Source: Candidatus Marinacidobacterales bacterium (GTDB lineage Bacteria; Acidobacteriota; Vicinamibacteria; Marinacidobacterales; SMYC01). Taken from it: 64,000 nucleotides of DNA. The position numbers were made by a program, and so were the translations under genes. The notes under the pieces were generated by a model. It made no database searches and was not told where the DNA came from. It saw only the letters and a program-made list of their open reading frames with translations. Shown here piece after piece: positions 10,185 through 21,065 of this stretch (position 1 is the stretch's first letter; each line of letters opens with the position of its first letter). The stretch is taken from NCBI GenBank assembly GCA_965224085.1, contig CBDCYI010000005.1, forward strand, positions 2,208,001 through 2,272,000, read 5' to 3'.

Positions 10185-11147
10185 CTACCCGTCCGCTTGC
10201 AACACGGGTCTGGGCACTCCTTTCTTTGTCTTTCTTTCCACTAGATCGTTGGCGAATAATTCGCTGTACTCTTTGAGACATTCCTTCCAATCGCGCATGA
10301 CGTTCATACCGCGCGCGGTAAGCTTCATGTTGACGAGTCTTTCATGGGTAGGTCGTGGAGCGAAGTATTCGGACTCGAAAAAGTCGGAAGATACTCTATG
10401 AACCTCAATCTCATCTTTCAATCCCAACAGGCGGACGAATTCCAAAGCTACCTCGTATCGGCTACACGCGTCTCCGCACACCTGGTTGTATAAACCATAC
10501 AAGCCGCTCTCCAGCAGGAGCTGCATGCCGTGGGCGAAATCTACTGTGTATGTCGGCGCTCCGAATTTGTCATCCACCACATCTAGCCGACGCTTACCGT
10601 CGAGAAGCTGCTTGTATATTTTGTTGATGAACTTTTTGTCTTTCTCAGGACCGCCTCCCATCATCCACCCTGGCCGAAGGACGTAGTGCTTACGCACCTG
10701 TTGACGAATGAAAACCTCGCCATAATATTTGGACTTCGCGTAGCAACCCATTGGATTTGGCTCTTCGAAATCGTTGTAGGTTTCTTGCTCTCCACCAAAC
10801 ACGCCCGCCGACGACATATACACACAAGGAATATCCAATTCGTTTGCGATCAGCCCAAGATTTTCCGCACCCAATGCGTTAGTCAGCCACGCATTTTATG
10901 GCTCTTTCTCACACAACTCTAGGTCAGTGATGGCTGCCAAATTCATGAGAACATGCGGGTCGAACTCCGTGATGGAATTCAATACTTGTGGATAATCCCG
11001 GACGTCGGCGTAACTCAACCACGCTTCATTCACGTCAATATCCGTTGCCTTCACACGAGCAATGGAACTGAATCTTCCATAGACCGCCTCCCCCAACATG
11101 CCGCCGCATCCGGCAATGTAGATCCGTGTTTCCTTTGTGAGGTCCAT
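10185..11147 (-). pseudogene. dTDP-4-dehydrorhamnose reductase (RmlD) family, single in-frame nonsense codon
   Basis: GCGGMLG, NLAAITD, YAKSK and PTY; both ORF pieces are in the same frame, separated by TAA at 10896-10898; AT-richer than the flanks. Confidence 0.8.
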
Positions 11148-11365
11148 GATCCTCAAAAATTAGGCGGGGGAGCCGGCGCGGCGCGAGTCGTGATCAACGC
11201 GAGCTTGTGCCACGCAACATTCTTGGTGCGTTTGAGCATAGCAACCCCGAAACCAAAGCAGTTCTGGGCGCCGAGGTGTTCAGTTCTGACTTATTAATGG
11301 GATCTATTAATAATTCTAGCGTCGAGGGGTGGTTTGTCAACCTTGGGAAGGACCGCCACTGGGCG

Positions 11366-11787
11366 TTATTTGGGAGGCTGGCCCGATTGGAGAAGTGCCA
11401 CGATCGTCGCGTATTGCCTTGACTGGGCTTCGCCGCTAGCCTCGGCGCAAGCCTTCGAGGGCACGTCGCACACGCCGTAGGCGAGCAAGAGTCGCACGGC
11501 GTCCCGCTGGCCGTAGCGGGCGGCTAGCTTGACGGCGCGTGCGCCGTCGTCGGCCAATCGAGCTCGGTGCTCGTCTGGTGGAACTCATCGATCATGGCTA
11601 GGCCCCCAACTTCCGCTGCTAGAGCGAGCCGAACCGCGTGGAGCGGCATCTCCACGCCCTCGTCGAAGGGTAGCGGTTCCACGACGTCAGGAGTCTGGAC
11701 TTCCGGGAGGCTCCCCGCATCGAAGCCGCACGAGAGCAGAAAGCTCGCGCAAAGCGTGAGCATGGCCATCCTGAACGAGAACGTCAT
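11366..11787 (-). pseudogene. Lipoprotein with ankyrin-like C-terminus, frameshifted near 11555
   Basis: LLSC lipobox; AARYGQRDAVRLLLAYG ankyrin-like motif in the adjacent frame. Confidence 0.5.
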
Positions 11788-11835
11788 AAACGAGGCGCGA
11801 AGGTCCGCCTTCGAACCTCCGCGCGTCGGAAAAAT

Positions 11836-13422
11836 CTAGCGGTCTTCTTCGTCCGTCGAGCTCAAGTACTGTGTCGCTTCTTTCAGCTCGGGAACGTCGA
11901 ACGCGCTCCATACCTTCTCGAGCTTTCGATACTGAGCCGACGCGAGACCACGCTCGCCTTGCTCGGCATAAGCGCGGGCGAGTCCGAGCAGCGAGCGCGG
12001 CCGGTTCGGCGTGCGTAGAAGTGACTTCTTGAAGTAGTTCGACGCTTCCGCGGGCTTGCCGATCTCGAGCATGACCTCCCCGGCGAGCTCGTAGACAGGC
12101 TTCACCGGGTTGGCGGCGCCGTTCGGAGGACGCATGCTTTCCGCGACTTCGATGCCTTTCTTCAAATGTCGCACCGCACCGTCTTTGTCGCCCTTCGCGA
12201 GTGCGGCGAGGGCTTGGACCTCGTGCTGCATGACGCGGGTGGGCTGCGCTTGGCGGTTGTAGAGCGATCGGTCTTTCGCTTGTTTTTCGGCGGTGGCGCG
12301 CAGCTGTTCCGCGGCCTTGGCGAGGAGCTCGGCGTCGCCCATTTTGTAAGCACTCATGCCGGTCGCGAGAAGCTCGTGCGCCGAGGACTTTTCTCGCACG
12401 GGCTTGGTCTTCCACTTCTCCGTCTCTATGATATAGCGCGCTTTCAATAGCGGGACGCTCCTCGCTGCGCGGGAGGCACCCTCGCTCATCTCGAGGCGTT
12501 TTTCGAGCCTTTCGATCCACGTCTCGGCCTTCTTGTAGTCGCCGCGTTGGAGGTCACCATACTGCCCCCAGTCGAGGGCGTGGACCATATCCCCCACGCT
12601 GTCGCCCGGCTCCCACAAATCGACGGCGGCGTCATAGGCCGATTGGTTCGATTTCGACACGCGCTCCCACATCCCGTGTTGGATGAAGATGTGCGTCGGC
12701 ATGTGCCGCGCATGAGAGACGGCGGGAGCGATCTCGGCGAAACGATAGGCGGCGGGAAGCGCGAGCGGCGCGTGCACCGGGTCGTCGAAGGAATGAATCG
12801 TGTAGTGCGCGGCGCCCGGATGGTTCGGGTTGCGCTCGAACACTTTCATTGCGACCGAGCCCGCTTCGACGTACATGCGAAAGGTCGTATCTCCCGCGGG
12901 TCGGACGGCAGCGATCGTGGAAAGCGAGTAAAACGTCGCAACCTCGTCATCGTCCGGATATTTCTCGTAGAGGCCCCGCATCACGTCCATATAGCCGAGC
13001 TTCCGCTCCGCAATCTCGCCCTCGCCAAAAAGGACTTCGACCGCCGTCAGGAAACCTTTCTCGCGATCGGTCGATGCTTTCGCGAGCCGCTCCTCACGTG
13101 TCGAGCCAAGCCTTTTCAACACGTCTCGCGGCGATTCCATATCCATATCGCCGAACAGCGGATGGTTGTAGCAGAGGCTCTCGCCCCAATAAGCCATTGC
13201 GAAATCGGGGTCGAGCTCCTGCGCTTTCTGGAACTGCTCGATGGCCTGTTTCCACCCGAAGCTATGCAGGATCGCGACGCCCCGCAAGAAATACTGCTGA
13301 GCTTCCGCGGAACCTGAGTTCGGAAACTCCACCAGGCCCACATTCGCGAACTGTGCCGAGGCGGCAACCGCGACCAGCAAGAGCGCGGCAAGAATTGTTG
13401 TTACAAACAGCGAACGTTTCAT
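11836..13422 (-). CDS. Secreted tetratricopeptide-repeat protein
   Basis: Signal peptide ending ASA-Q; TPR-like DPDFAMAYWG; HPGAAHYTIH and HARHMPTHIF. Confidence 0.85.
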   Translation of the reverse strand: MKRSLFVTTILAALLLVAVAASAQFANVGLVEFPNSGSAEAQQYFLRGVAILHSFGWKQAIEQFQKAQELDPDFAMAYWGESLCYNHPLFGDMDMESPRDVLKRLGSTREERLAKASTDREKGFLTAVEVLFGEGEIAERKLGYMDVMRGLYEKYPDDDEVATFYSLSTIAAVRPAGDTTFRMYVEAGSVAMKVFERNPNHPGAAHYTIHSFDDPVHAPLALPAAYRFAEIAPAVSHARHMPTHIFIQHGMWERVSKSNQSAYDAAVDLWEPGDSVGDMVHALDWGQYGDLQRGDYKKAETWIERLEKRLEMSEGASRAARSVPLLKARYIIETEKWKTKPVREKSSAHELLATGMSAYKMGDAELLAKAAEQLRATAEKQAKDRSLYNRQAQPTRVMQHEVQALAALAKGDKDGAVRHLKKGIEVAESMRPPNGAANPVKPVYELAGEVMLEIGKPAEASNYFKKSLLRTPNRPRSLLGLARAYAEQGERGLASAQYRKLEKVWSAFDVPELKEATQYLSSTDEEDR

Positions 13423-13552
13423 GAACCCTCCTCGAAACGACGCCCACTGGACGTCGGTGTCGATAAGCCCAGAATTATACCAGGCGTGGCCAAACCGCGG
13501 TGTGCGAAGCTTCAGCTCTTTCGCCCGCAGACTGCGCTACGATGACCGAATC

Positions 13553-13969
13553 ATGGCGCGCGTGCTTCCCGTGCTCGACCTCAGAAGCGACGCGGTCGCC
13601 TCCGAGCTACATCGCGCTTGCGAGCATGACGGTTTCTTCCACGTCGCCCATCACGGTGTGCCTTCAGAGCTTCTCGCCGAAGCCCGGACTCGAGCCCGGT
13701 CGTTCTTCGCGCGGCCCCTCGAAGAAAAGCTCGAGCTGCATTTCGCGAAGGCGCAAAAACAGCGTGGCTAGATCCCGCTTCGCGCCGAGAGACGGACCCG
13801 AACGCCGTGGGCGACGAGAAGGAAGCACTCGACTTTACTTATCCGATCCCGCCGGAAGGCGTGAGTGATGCGGTCGCGCACCGGATGTACGGCAAGAATT
13901 TGTGGCCCCGCGCGCTGCACGGGTTCCGCCCTGCCATCGAAAGCTATCTCGACGAGATGATCCGCCTCG
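13553..13969 (+). pseudogene. Isopenicillin N synthase-like 2OG-Fe(II) oxygenase, N-terminal remnant
   Basis: LPVLDL, GFFHVAHHGV, DEKEALD and NLWP; TAG at 13769, frameshift and truncation. Confidence 0.8.
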
Positions 13970-14096
13970 GGCTTATCAGGCTATTGGCGGCGATGCCGAG
14001 CGCAAGAGTCGCCACGACGACGAGTGCGTAGCTCGGGTGGGAGCGGAGCGAGCGGAGCGCCAAAACCACGTCTTGTCGAAGCTCGTCGAGTCTCAT
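13970..14096 (-). pseudogene. ABC permease (ADOP/MacB-type) N-terminal remnant
   Basis: QDVVLALRSLRSHPSYALVVVATLALGIAAN, typical of ADOP N-termini; truncated. Confidence 0.7.
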
Positions 14097-14214
14097 AAAT
14101 ACATAGACGAGAGCTCCGCCCGCGGAGTTCAAGAAATGATTACAGTACTTTGAGCTTTTCTCAGGACACCACTTCCATTCAAGGGGTTTGCCACAACATT
14201 TTCACGACGTCCGG

Positions 14215-15155
14215 CTAATGGCGCACGCCGTCGAAAAGAACGATCTCACCCGCATAGAACGTGAGGCGGAGAACGAGCTTGGCGACCAGGTAGGCCTGGC
14301 CGATCAGAAACGCTATCGCAACACCGCTCGCCGAGGATTGACCGACGCCTGGAGCGATGATGTTGTAGACGAGGAGCATCAAGACGCCCGCAAGGCCCAA
14401 TCCATAATAGAGCGTCGTCGTCTTCCCGAGGTTCGAAAGGACGAAACCGAAGCCTTTCAGCATCGCGAGCACCATGCTGCGGCGGTTTTCCCGGAAGGTC
14501 GCGATCTTCGCGTAGTCGAACGCCATGTTGACGAAGGTCAGGAGAAAGACGACGAACAGACTTCCCGCGAGCACGTAGGCGAACACGGACTCCTCGGACG
14601 TCATGTCCCGCGTCGAAGTCTCCATTTTTTGGAAGAGCCAACCCGCGAAACGATAGACGAGGTAGTAGAAAACGCCCGAGATGATCGCGAGTCGGAAGAA
14701 CCCAAAAAATAAGAGGCGCACTCCGCAAAGAACTCGTTCAAGCGGAAAAGACCAGCTCCTTCACCGGAGCGTTGCAAAATGCCGCCGACGAAAAAAGACC
14801 ACAAGATGGCGTAGAGAATCCCGAGACCGAGCAAGCCGCGATAAGTTTCGAAGATATCGCCGTTGAACCACGCTTCGATGTTGTTAAGAAAAGCACCCGC
14901 GCCGGTCACGGTTGGCGTGAACGAGCTCTCGACGCCTTTCGCCTGGGCCCTGTATTCTCCGTACCACCCCATATCGAATCCGTCGCGCAGATTCTGGTGT
15001 ACGAGGCTCGTGCCCACGGAGTCGCGAATAGACTCCGTCAGCACCGCCGTCGCCGGGAGCGCAATCGCTACGTTCACGATCCAGAGCCACAAGACGAGCC
15101 CGGGCGAGCCGAGTACTTTGCCCAGTCCTCGAAGAGCCATGCCGCGCGCTGTCAT
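14215..15155 (-). pseudogene. Membrane protein of M1-peptidase operon, frameshifted near 14705
   Basis: Two overlapping hydrophobic ORFs switch frame at an A6 run (14704-14709). Confidence 0.65.
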
Positions 15156-15168
15156 GTCTTTCATCTCC

Positions 15169-15810
15169 TCAACTGAAAAAAGCGAACGTGGCAAGAAGAT
15201 CCTGGAACCAAATCATCCACTTCGAGCTCCACTTGCGCGCCGGAAGCGTGCCCCGTGGCTCGAGGATCTTCGAGTTGTGTAGTAGAGGTCGAGAAGAAGC
15301 CTCCTCTCCGGATCGACGACCGCGTAGCTCAACTTCTGCGGCTGCTCTTCCACATAGAGCTTGAAGCGCGATCGGCCGTCCCACGATTCCCGCACCTCGG
15401 AGCCGTCCTCGAACACCATGAGCACATCGACGGGAAAATGAGCCGCGCCGTGGCGTCGAACGACGACTTCCGTTCGGAACAGGTCGGACTCGCTGTCTTG
15501 ATGAACGAGCTCGGCACTCTGACTGTCCTTCACATAACCGGAAATCTCGATCGGATCGCTAGTCGCGCGCTCGATGGCGTAGTCGAAATCGTTCGAGCTG
15601 CGATATACCTGATCGAAGAACCAAGTGAGGTCCTCGCCGCTCACTTCATTCGCCACATCAAAAAAATCTTGCGGGCTCGGATGGCGAAACTTGTAGCGCT
15701 CGAAAAACGTCGCCATGATGGGCTGCAAGGTGTCCCAGCCAAGATAGCGCTCGAGCGTGGAGAGCCAGAGCGCCGTTTTGTTGTAGCTATGCGCGCCGCC
15801 AGAAGCGGAG
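15169..15810 (-). pseudogene. M1 family metallopeptidase C-terminal remnant
   Basis: SYNKTALWLSTLERYLG...FRHPSPQDF and VVDPERRLLLD; HEXXH region missing; frameshift near the 3' end. Confidence 0.75.
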
Positions 15811-15818
15811 TAGAGATC

Positions 15819-15870
15819 TTGACTCGTCACCGCGCCATCCATAATATATAGCCATATGGCAATATATAAT
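15819..15870 (+). promoter_or_regulatory. Sigma70-like promoter and palindromic operator overlapping the ArsR start codon
   Basis: TTGACT-17 bp-TAATAT; 30-bp imperfect palindrome ATAATATATAGCCAT|ATGGCAATATATAAT centred on ATG 15856. Confidence 0.65.
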
Positions 15871-16191
15871 GCGCACGGGCTAGATGCTACATTCCACGCT
15901 CTCGGCGATGGAACGCGGCGTGTGATGCTCTCGATGCTCTCTCGCCGCGGTGCGCTCACCGCCGGCGAGCTGGGGGCGCCCTTCGAGATTTCCCAGCCGA
16001 CAGCGTCGAAGCACCTTCGTGTGCTCGAGCGCGCCGGTTTGCTCAAGCGCTCCGTCGAAGGCCGCACCCATCGGTTCAGGCTTGTTGAGAGGCGGTTGAA
16101 GGAAGCTGAAGAGTGGATCGAGCGGCATAGGGATTTCTGGGAGCACACGCTCGACCGGCTCGAAGACGTTTTGGAGGAGCCCGGTGGCTAG
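15856..16191 (+). CDS. ArsR/SmtB family transcriptional regulator
   Basis: FHALGDGTRR...ISQPTASKHLRVLERAGL. Confidence 0.9.
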   Translation: MAIYNAHGLDATFHALGDGTRRVMLSMLSRRGALTAGELGAPFEISQPTASKHLRVLERAGLLKRSVEGRTHRFRLVERRLKEAEEWIERHRDFWEHTLDRLEDVLEEPGG

Positions 16192-16627
16192 CCAGCTGAG
16201 TGTTTTCGTCCGGCGGCACGTTCACGCCTCGCGTGGGCAGGTCTTTCGTGCATTGACCGACCCAGAAATGCTTCCGCGCTGGTTCTCTCCGAGCGAGGAC
16301 ATAGGAACCGAAATCCTCCAGCACGATTTCCGTGTCGGCGGAAGCTACCGGTTCGGCTTTCTCTTTCCCGATGGCGAGCGAAATATCGTTGCCGGCGTGT
16401 TTCGCGAGATCGTTTCGCCAAAGCGGTTGGTTTTTACCTGGACGTGGGAGCCTCCCGACCCACATGCGGGCGTCGAGACGCTCGTGACCATCGTTCTCAG
16501 ACAAGACGAGGACAGCACCGAGATCGTCGTGACGCATGACCGTTTTCCCCGGCACGAGCTCCGTGACCGGCATGATGCCGGCTGGCAAGCGACGCTCGAC
16601 CGTCTCGAAATTTTTCTCGTGAGGTAG
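16184..16627 (+). CDS. SRPBCC/AHSA1 domain protein
   Basis: VFRALTDPEMLPRW, DFRVGG, RLVFTW and GWQATLDRL; coupled to the ArsR gene. Confidence 0.88.
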   Translation: MASQLSVFVRRHVHASRGQVFRALTDPEMLPRWFSPSEDIGTEILQHDFRVGGSYRFGFLFPDGERNIVAGVFREIVSPKRLVFTWTWEPPDPHAGVETLVTIVLRQDEDSTEIVVTHDRFPRHELRDRHDAGWQATLDRLEIFLVR

Positions 16628-16629
16628 AC

Positions 16630-16749
16630 ATGAAGCAATATTTGCAAGCCACTTTCGCCTGTTTCGCACTGCAGTTCGCGCTCGTAGGCGTCACCGTCGG
16701 CGGTGTGTACGGGGCCAATCCTCGGGAGGTGTCTCGTGGCTTACAGTGA
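16630..16749 (+). pseudogene. 39-aa hydrophobic ORF, possible internally deleted membrane-protein remnant
   Basis: GAGG RBS and ATG 16630; MKQYLQATFACFALQFALVGVTVGGVYG. Confidence 0.3.
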
Positions 16750-17065
16750 AAAAGTCGCGGAGCGTTTGCGCCAGGCGTTGAAGCGGAAGCGCGGTATTAG
16801 CGAGCGGAAGATGTTTGGCGGCATTGCCTTTCTTCTGAATGGCAACATGTGCTGCGGCGTGAACGACACCGACATCATGCTGCGTCTCGGAAAGGACGGC
16901 GCGGAGAAGGCTCTTTCCGAACGGCATACCCGCGTCATGGATTTCACGGGCACGCCGTTGTCCACGATGGTGTATCTACGCGCCGCAGGCTACCGCAAAG
17001 ACGCGGATCTCGAGCGATGGCTGAAGCGAGCGATCGACTACGCGAAGACCCTGCCGCCGAAGTAA
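16736..17065 (+). CDS. TfoX/Sxy N-terminal domain protein
   Basis: GTG after GGGAGG; ERKMFGGIAFLLNGNMCCGV and MDFTG. Confidence 0.85.
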   Translation: MAYSEKVAERLRQALKRKRGISERKMFGGIAFLLNGNMCCGVNDTDIMLRLGKDGAEKALSERHTRVMDFTGTPLSTMVYLRAAGYRKDADLERWLKRAIDYAKTLPPK

Positions 17066-17071
17066 GTACGC

Positions 17072-17800
17072 CTAAGGATGGCAGTCGACCCAATCACCAC
17101 GGGGCGTGCGCCTCTTGGACCAGACGTACCAATACTCGCCGTCATAGGTCCAAAAGCCCGCCTCGAGAAACTGGCCGTTGTGCTGTGTCGCGTCCCGGCA
17201 GGCGCGCGACCGATAACACCCGTCGCGGTCTCCCGGCATCCGCACTACTTGCTTTAGTCCTCCGCGGAGCCGCTCGAAATTCGTACCGCATTTTTCGGTG
17301 AGCACCGCCCGCGCGTCCATCTCCCGGTTGACCCTCGGGCGGGTTCTACCGCCTTCCTTCTCGCAACAGCGATATCCCTCCCAGAGCTGGATCGACTGCT
17401 GCATGCGTCGAAATTTGCCGATGAACTCCGCATAGCTCCGCTCTTCGAGTAACGCCCCGACGGCCTCGAACGAGCCGTAGAGCGGGCTCAAGTAGAGCGC
17501 GGGATCGCAGCGGATGCAGCTAATGGAGCCACCCGCCTCGCTCTCGGCCATGACCCCCTCGAGCGCCTCGAAAGCTTCGTCGAGAAGTCCCTCGATCGCG
17601 CGGCACGTCTCCAGTTGCTGCGCTCCCGTGCAATCCGCCGTCGTCAACGAGAGCTGAAAAGCCTTTTCGAGCTTCTCTCGCACGGCGAGGACACCCGCGT
17701 GGTCCGGACCGCCACAAGGCCGGCAAAGCTCAGGATCGGCGTTTTGGAAGAGCATCAGCAATATTGGGGCATGCAACACAAATCGATTCATGTCTTGCAT
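17072..17800 (-). CDS. Cys-rich hypothetical, probably secreted
   Basis: 242-aa ORF with hydrophobic N-terminus and 12 Cys. Confidence 0.6.
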   Translation of the reverse strand: MQDMNRFVLHAPILLMLFQNADPELCRPCGGPDHAGVLAVREKLEKAFQLSLTTADCTGAQQLETCRAIEGLLDEAFEALEGVMAESEAGGSISCIRCDPALYLSPLYGSFEAVGALLEERSYAEFIGKFRRMQQSIQLWEGYRCCEKEGGRTRPRVNREMDARAVLTEKCGTNFERLRGGLKQVVRMPGDRDGCYRSRACRDATQHNGQFLEAGFWTYDGEYWYVWSKRRTPRGDWVDCHP

Positions 17801-17820
17801 TCTATCGCGTGCGTCCGCTT

Positions 17821-19017
17821 TCAGCTTCCCGTGACATCGCGCAGTACCCGCAAGAAGTTCTCCCCGAGGATCTTCTCGATGTCCTCGTCGCTATAGCCTC
17901 GCTCGAGCAGTATCTCCGTGAGATCCGGATACTGGGTGACGTCCTCGAGCCCGATCGGCGCGACGTCGATGCCGTCGAAATCGGAGCCGAGGCCCACGTG
18001 GTCCGCGCCCACGATCCCGACGACGTGGTCGATGTGATCCGCCACCGCCCCGATCGTGGGCGGTGGGATCTCCGATTCGCTGCGGGCGAAGGCGAGATGG
18101 CGCTCGCGAGCGAGCTCATCGAGCCGTTCGGGATCGCGCTCTTCCGGCACACTGAAGGCCTCCACCACGCTGCCACCGCGCGCCGCTTCCCGTTTCTCCA
18201 TGTATTCCTGGTCGAGAAACTCGGGATAGAAGTTGATCCCAATAACACCACCGTTCTCGCCCACGGCTTGGATCATCTCGTCGCTCATGTTGCGCGCGTG
18301 ATCGCAAAGAGCGCGGCACGAGGAATGGGAGGCGATCACGGGCTTCGTCGTGATGCGCATCACGTCCCAGAACGTTTCGTCAGAAACGTGCGAGATGTCG
18401 ACGATCATCCCGATTTGGTTCATCTCCCGAACGACGTCCTCCCCGAACGGGCTGAGGCCGTCGAAACGCGCGACGTCCGTCGAGGAGTCCGCCCAGTTAT
18501 TCGTGTTGAAATGGGTCAAGGTCATGTAGCGAACACCGAGGCGGTGGAACATTCGCAGAACACCGAGATCGTCCTCGATACCGTGGCCGCCCTCGACGCC
18601 CATGAGGGCGGCGAGTTTCCCCTCGGCCACGATGCGCCGAACATCCGAGGTGGTCGACGCGAGCTCGATGCGATCGGGCGCAGCGTCCATGAGCCGATAG
18701 AGCGCGTCGATCTGCTGCAAGACCCGGCGCGCCGAATGATCGGAGCCGTAAATCGGATCCGGCCAGACGGAGAAGAACTGCGCATCGACGCCGCCTTCGG
18801 CGAAGCGGTGTAGATCGGAATGGCCGTCGGACAAGCGCGTGCGGATGTCGACGTCCTCGTTGACCATGCGTTGCAGGATGTCGTTATGCGTATCGACGAG
18901 GATCGATCGCGTGTGCACGTCTTCGTCGAAGGGCTCGGGCGCTCTGGCGGGCTCGGGCGACGCGCAGGCGACCGCGGTCAGAACAAGAAGCAAGGGAATC
19001 AATAATTGGCGTGTCAT
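17821..19017 (-). CDS. Membrane dipeptidase (peptidase M19), lipoprotein
   Basis: Lipobox AVAC; DTHND, GVEGG, TLTH, DISH, ASHS and GSDFDG. Confidence 0.9.
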   Translation of the reverse strand: MTRQLLIPLLLVLTAVACASPEPARAPEPFDEDVHTRSILVDTHNDILQRMVNEDVDIRTRLSDGHSDLHRFAEGGVDAQFFSVWPDPIYGSDHSARRVLQQIDALYRLMDAAPDRIELASTTSDVRRIVAEGKLAALMGVEGGHGIEDDLGVLRMFHRLGVRYMTLTHFNTNNWADSSTDVARFDGLSPFGEDVVREMNQIGMIVDISHVSDETFWDVMRITTKPVIASHSSCRALCDHARNMSDEMIQAVGENGGVIGINFYPEFLDQEYMEKREAARGGSVVEAFSVPEERDPERLDELARERHLAFARSESEIPPPTIGAVADHIDHVVGIVGADHVGLGSDFDGIDVAPIGLEDVTQYPDLTEILLERGYSDEDIEKILGENFLRVLRDVTGS

Positions 19018-19029
19018 AATGGTCATCCA

Positions 19030-20856
19030 TTGCAAAGCACCGAGAATATCAGAAACATCGCCATCATCGCGCATGTCGACCACGGTAAGACGACACTGGT
19101 GGACGCGCTGCTCCATCAAAGCGGCGTGTTTCGAGAGAACCAGGCTGTCCGCGAGCGAGTCCTCGATTCGGGCGATCTCGAGCGCGAGCGCGGCATCACG
19201 ATCCTCGCGAAGAACACCGCCATCATGTACCGAGGCGTCAAGATCAACATCGTCGACACGCCAGGACACGCAGATTTCGGGGGCGAGGTCGAGCGCGCCC
19301 TCAGCATGGTGAACGGCGTGATGTTGCTCGTCGATGCCAGCGAAGGACCGCTCCCGCAGACGCGCTACGTCTTGGGAAAAGCGCTCGCGCTCAAGCTTCC
19401 CTTGCTGCTTATCGTGAACAAGGTCGACCGGCAGGACGCGCGCGTCCAGGAGGTGGTGAACGAGGTTTTCGATTTGTTCATCGACCTCGACGCGACCGAA
19501 GAGCAGCTCGACTTTCCGATCTTGTATGCGAACGCGCGCGCGGGAACACTCCGCGTGGATCCGGAGGGCCCGGAAGGAGAAGAAACGGATCTCCGTCCGA
19601 TGTTCGACGCGATCCTCGAGCGCTTGCCCGCGCCGAACGGAGACGCCGAGGGCGCGCTTCAGCTCATGGTGTCGAATCTCGACTATAGCGACTATCTAGG
19701 GCGGATCGCGATCGGCCGCATCACGCACGGGACGCTGAAGGTCTGGGACGACGTCGGGATCGCCAAAGCGGATGAGAGCATCCAGAAGACCCGCATCACC
19801 AAGCTCTTCACGTTCTCCGGCCTTGAGCGCGTCTCGGCCGACGCGGTCGGGGCGGGGGATATCGTGTGCCTCGCGGGGGTCGAAGGGATCGCGATCGGCG
19901 ACAGCGTCGTCGACGTGGAAGCGCCCGAGCCGCTCCCCCGGCTCCGGATCGACGAGCCCACTCTTTCTATGGTCTTCTCGGTCAACTCGTCCCCTTTTGC
20001 AGGGAACGAAGGCGAGCACGTGACGTCTCGAAAAATCCGGGAGCGGCTCGAAAAAGAGCTCTTGACGAACGTGTCGCTGCAGATGGAGGACACCGATACG
20101 GCGGACGCGTTCAAGGTCTATGGCCGCGGTGAGCTCCAGCTTGCTATCCTCGTCGAGACGATGCGCCGCGAAGGCTACGAGCTCACCCTCGCGAACCCCG
20201 AGGTCATCATTAAGGAAATCGACGGTGTTAAGAAGGAGCCGTTCGAGATCTTGCTCGTCGACGTAGCCGAGGCTTATCAAGGCGTCGTCGTCGAGAAGCT
20301 CGGCATCCGTAGGGGTCAGATGACGCACATGGTCAATCATGGCTCGGGGCGCGTGCGGCTCGAGTTTCGTTTGCCGTCGCGAGGGCTCATCGGGATCCGA
20401 AGCGAGCTTCTCGCCGATACGCGTGGAACGGCTGTCTTGAACACGCTCTTCGACGGTTACGACGATTGGCAAGGCTCCTTTCCCAAGAGGCTGACGGGGT
20501 CTCTCGTCGCGGACCGGGGCGGGAAGTCGACGGCTTATGCGCTGCACAATCTCGAAGATCGCGGCGAGCTTTTTATTGGGCCCACGAGGGACGTCTATGA
20601 AGGCATGATCGTAGGGGAGAATTCCCGTCCAGCCGATTTGGATGTCAACGTCACCCGCGAGAAGAAGCTCACGAACATACGCTCGTCGACGTCAGAGATT
20701 GCCGTGAAGCTCACGCCCCATCGCGAGCTCAATCTCGAGCAAGCGATCGAGTTCATTCGTGTCGACGAGCTCGTCGAGACCACGCGGGAGTCGATTCGAC
20801 TGAGAAAACGGATTCTCGCCGCGAACCGACGACCCAAACGGCGTACGGATCTGTAA
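19030..20856 (+). CDS. typA: Translational GTPase TypA/BipA
   Basis: [32 protein letters not shown] and KKLTNIRS; start codon (TTG) uncertain. Confidence 0.96.
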   Translation: MQSTENIRNIAIIAHVDHGKTTLVDALLHQSGVFRENQAVRERVLDSGDLERERGITILAKNTAIMYRGVKINIVDTPGHADFGGEVERALSMVNGVMLLVDASEGPLPQTRYVLGKALALKLPLLLIVNKVDRQDARVQEVVNEVFDLFIDLDATEEQLDFPILYANARAGTLRVDPEGPEGEETDLRPMFDAILERLPAPNGDAEGALQLMVSNLDYSDYLGRIAIGRITHGTLKVWDDVGIAKADESIQKTRITKLFTFSGLERVSADAVGAGDIVCLAGVEGIAIGDSVVDVEAPEPLPRLRIDEPTLSMVFSVNSSPFAGNEGEHVTSRKIRERLEKELLTNVSLQMEDTDTADAFKVYGRGELQLAILVETMRREGYELTLANPEVIIKEIDGVKKEPFEILLVDVAEAYQGVVVEKLGIRRGQMTHMVNHGSGRVRLEFRLPSRGLIGIRSELLADTRGTAVLNTLFDGYDDWQGSFPKRLTGSLVADRGGKSTAYALHNLEDRGELFIGPTRDVYEGMIVGENSRPADLDVNVTREKKLTNIRSSTSEIAVKLTPHRELNLEQAIEFIRVDELVETTRESIRLRKRILAANRRPKRRTDL

Positions 20857-20908
20857 CCAGTCTTCTTCGGCGCCAACCTCATGGTAGGATTTTGAGGTAG
20901 ACTTCTCT

Positions 20909-21065
20909 TTGCGCTCTTTGTGGACCCAATATGTCGTCGACGTCCGCGCGAAGGTAATTTCAGAGATCGAGCCCGGCGGGGAGCGTCGCGTCGTCGTCAT
21001 TCTTCTGACAGCAATCCTGTGTTTGTTCCTTCTCCGCTTTGCGGGGGCGTCCGACGAAACGCGCT
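20909..21065 (+). pseudogene. Membrane protein N-terminus (possibly CPBP protease) truncated by IS6
   Basis: TM segment VVVILLTAILCLFLL ends at the IS6 terminus. Confidence 0.45.
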
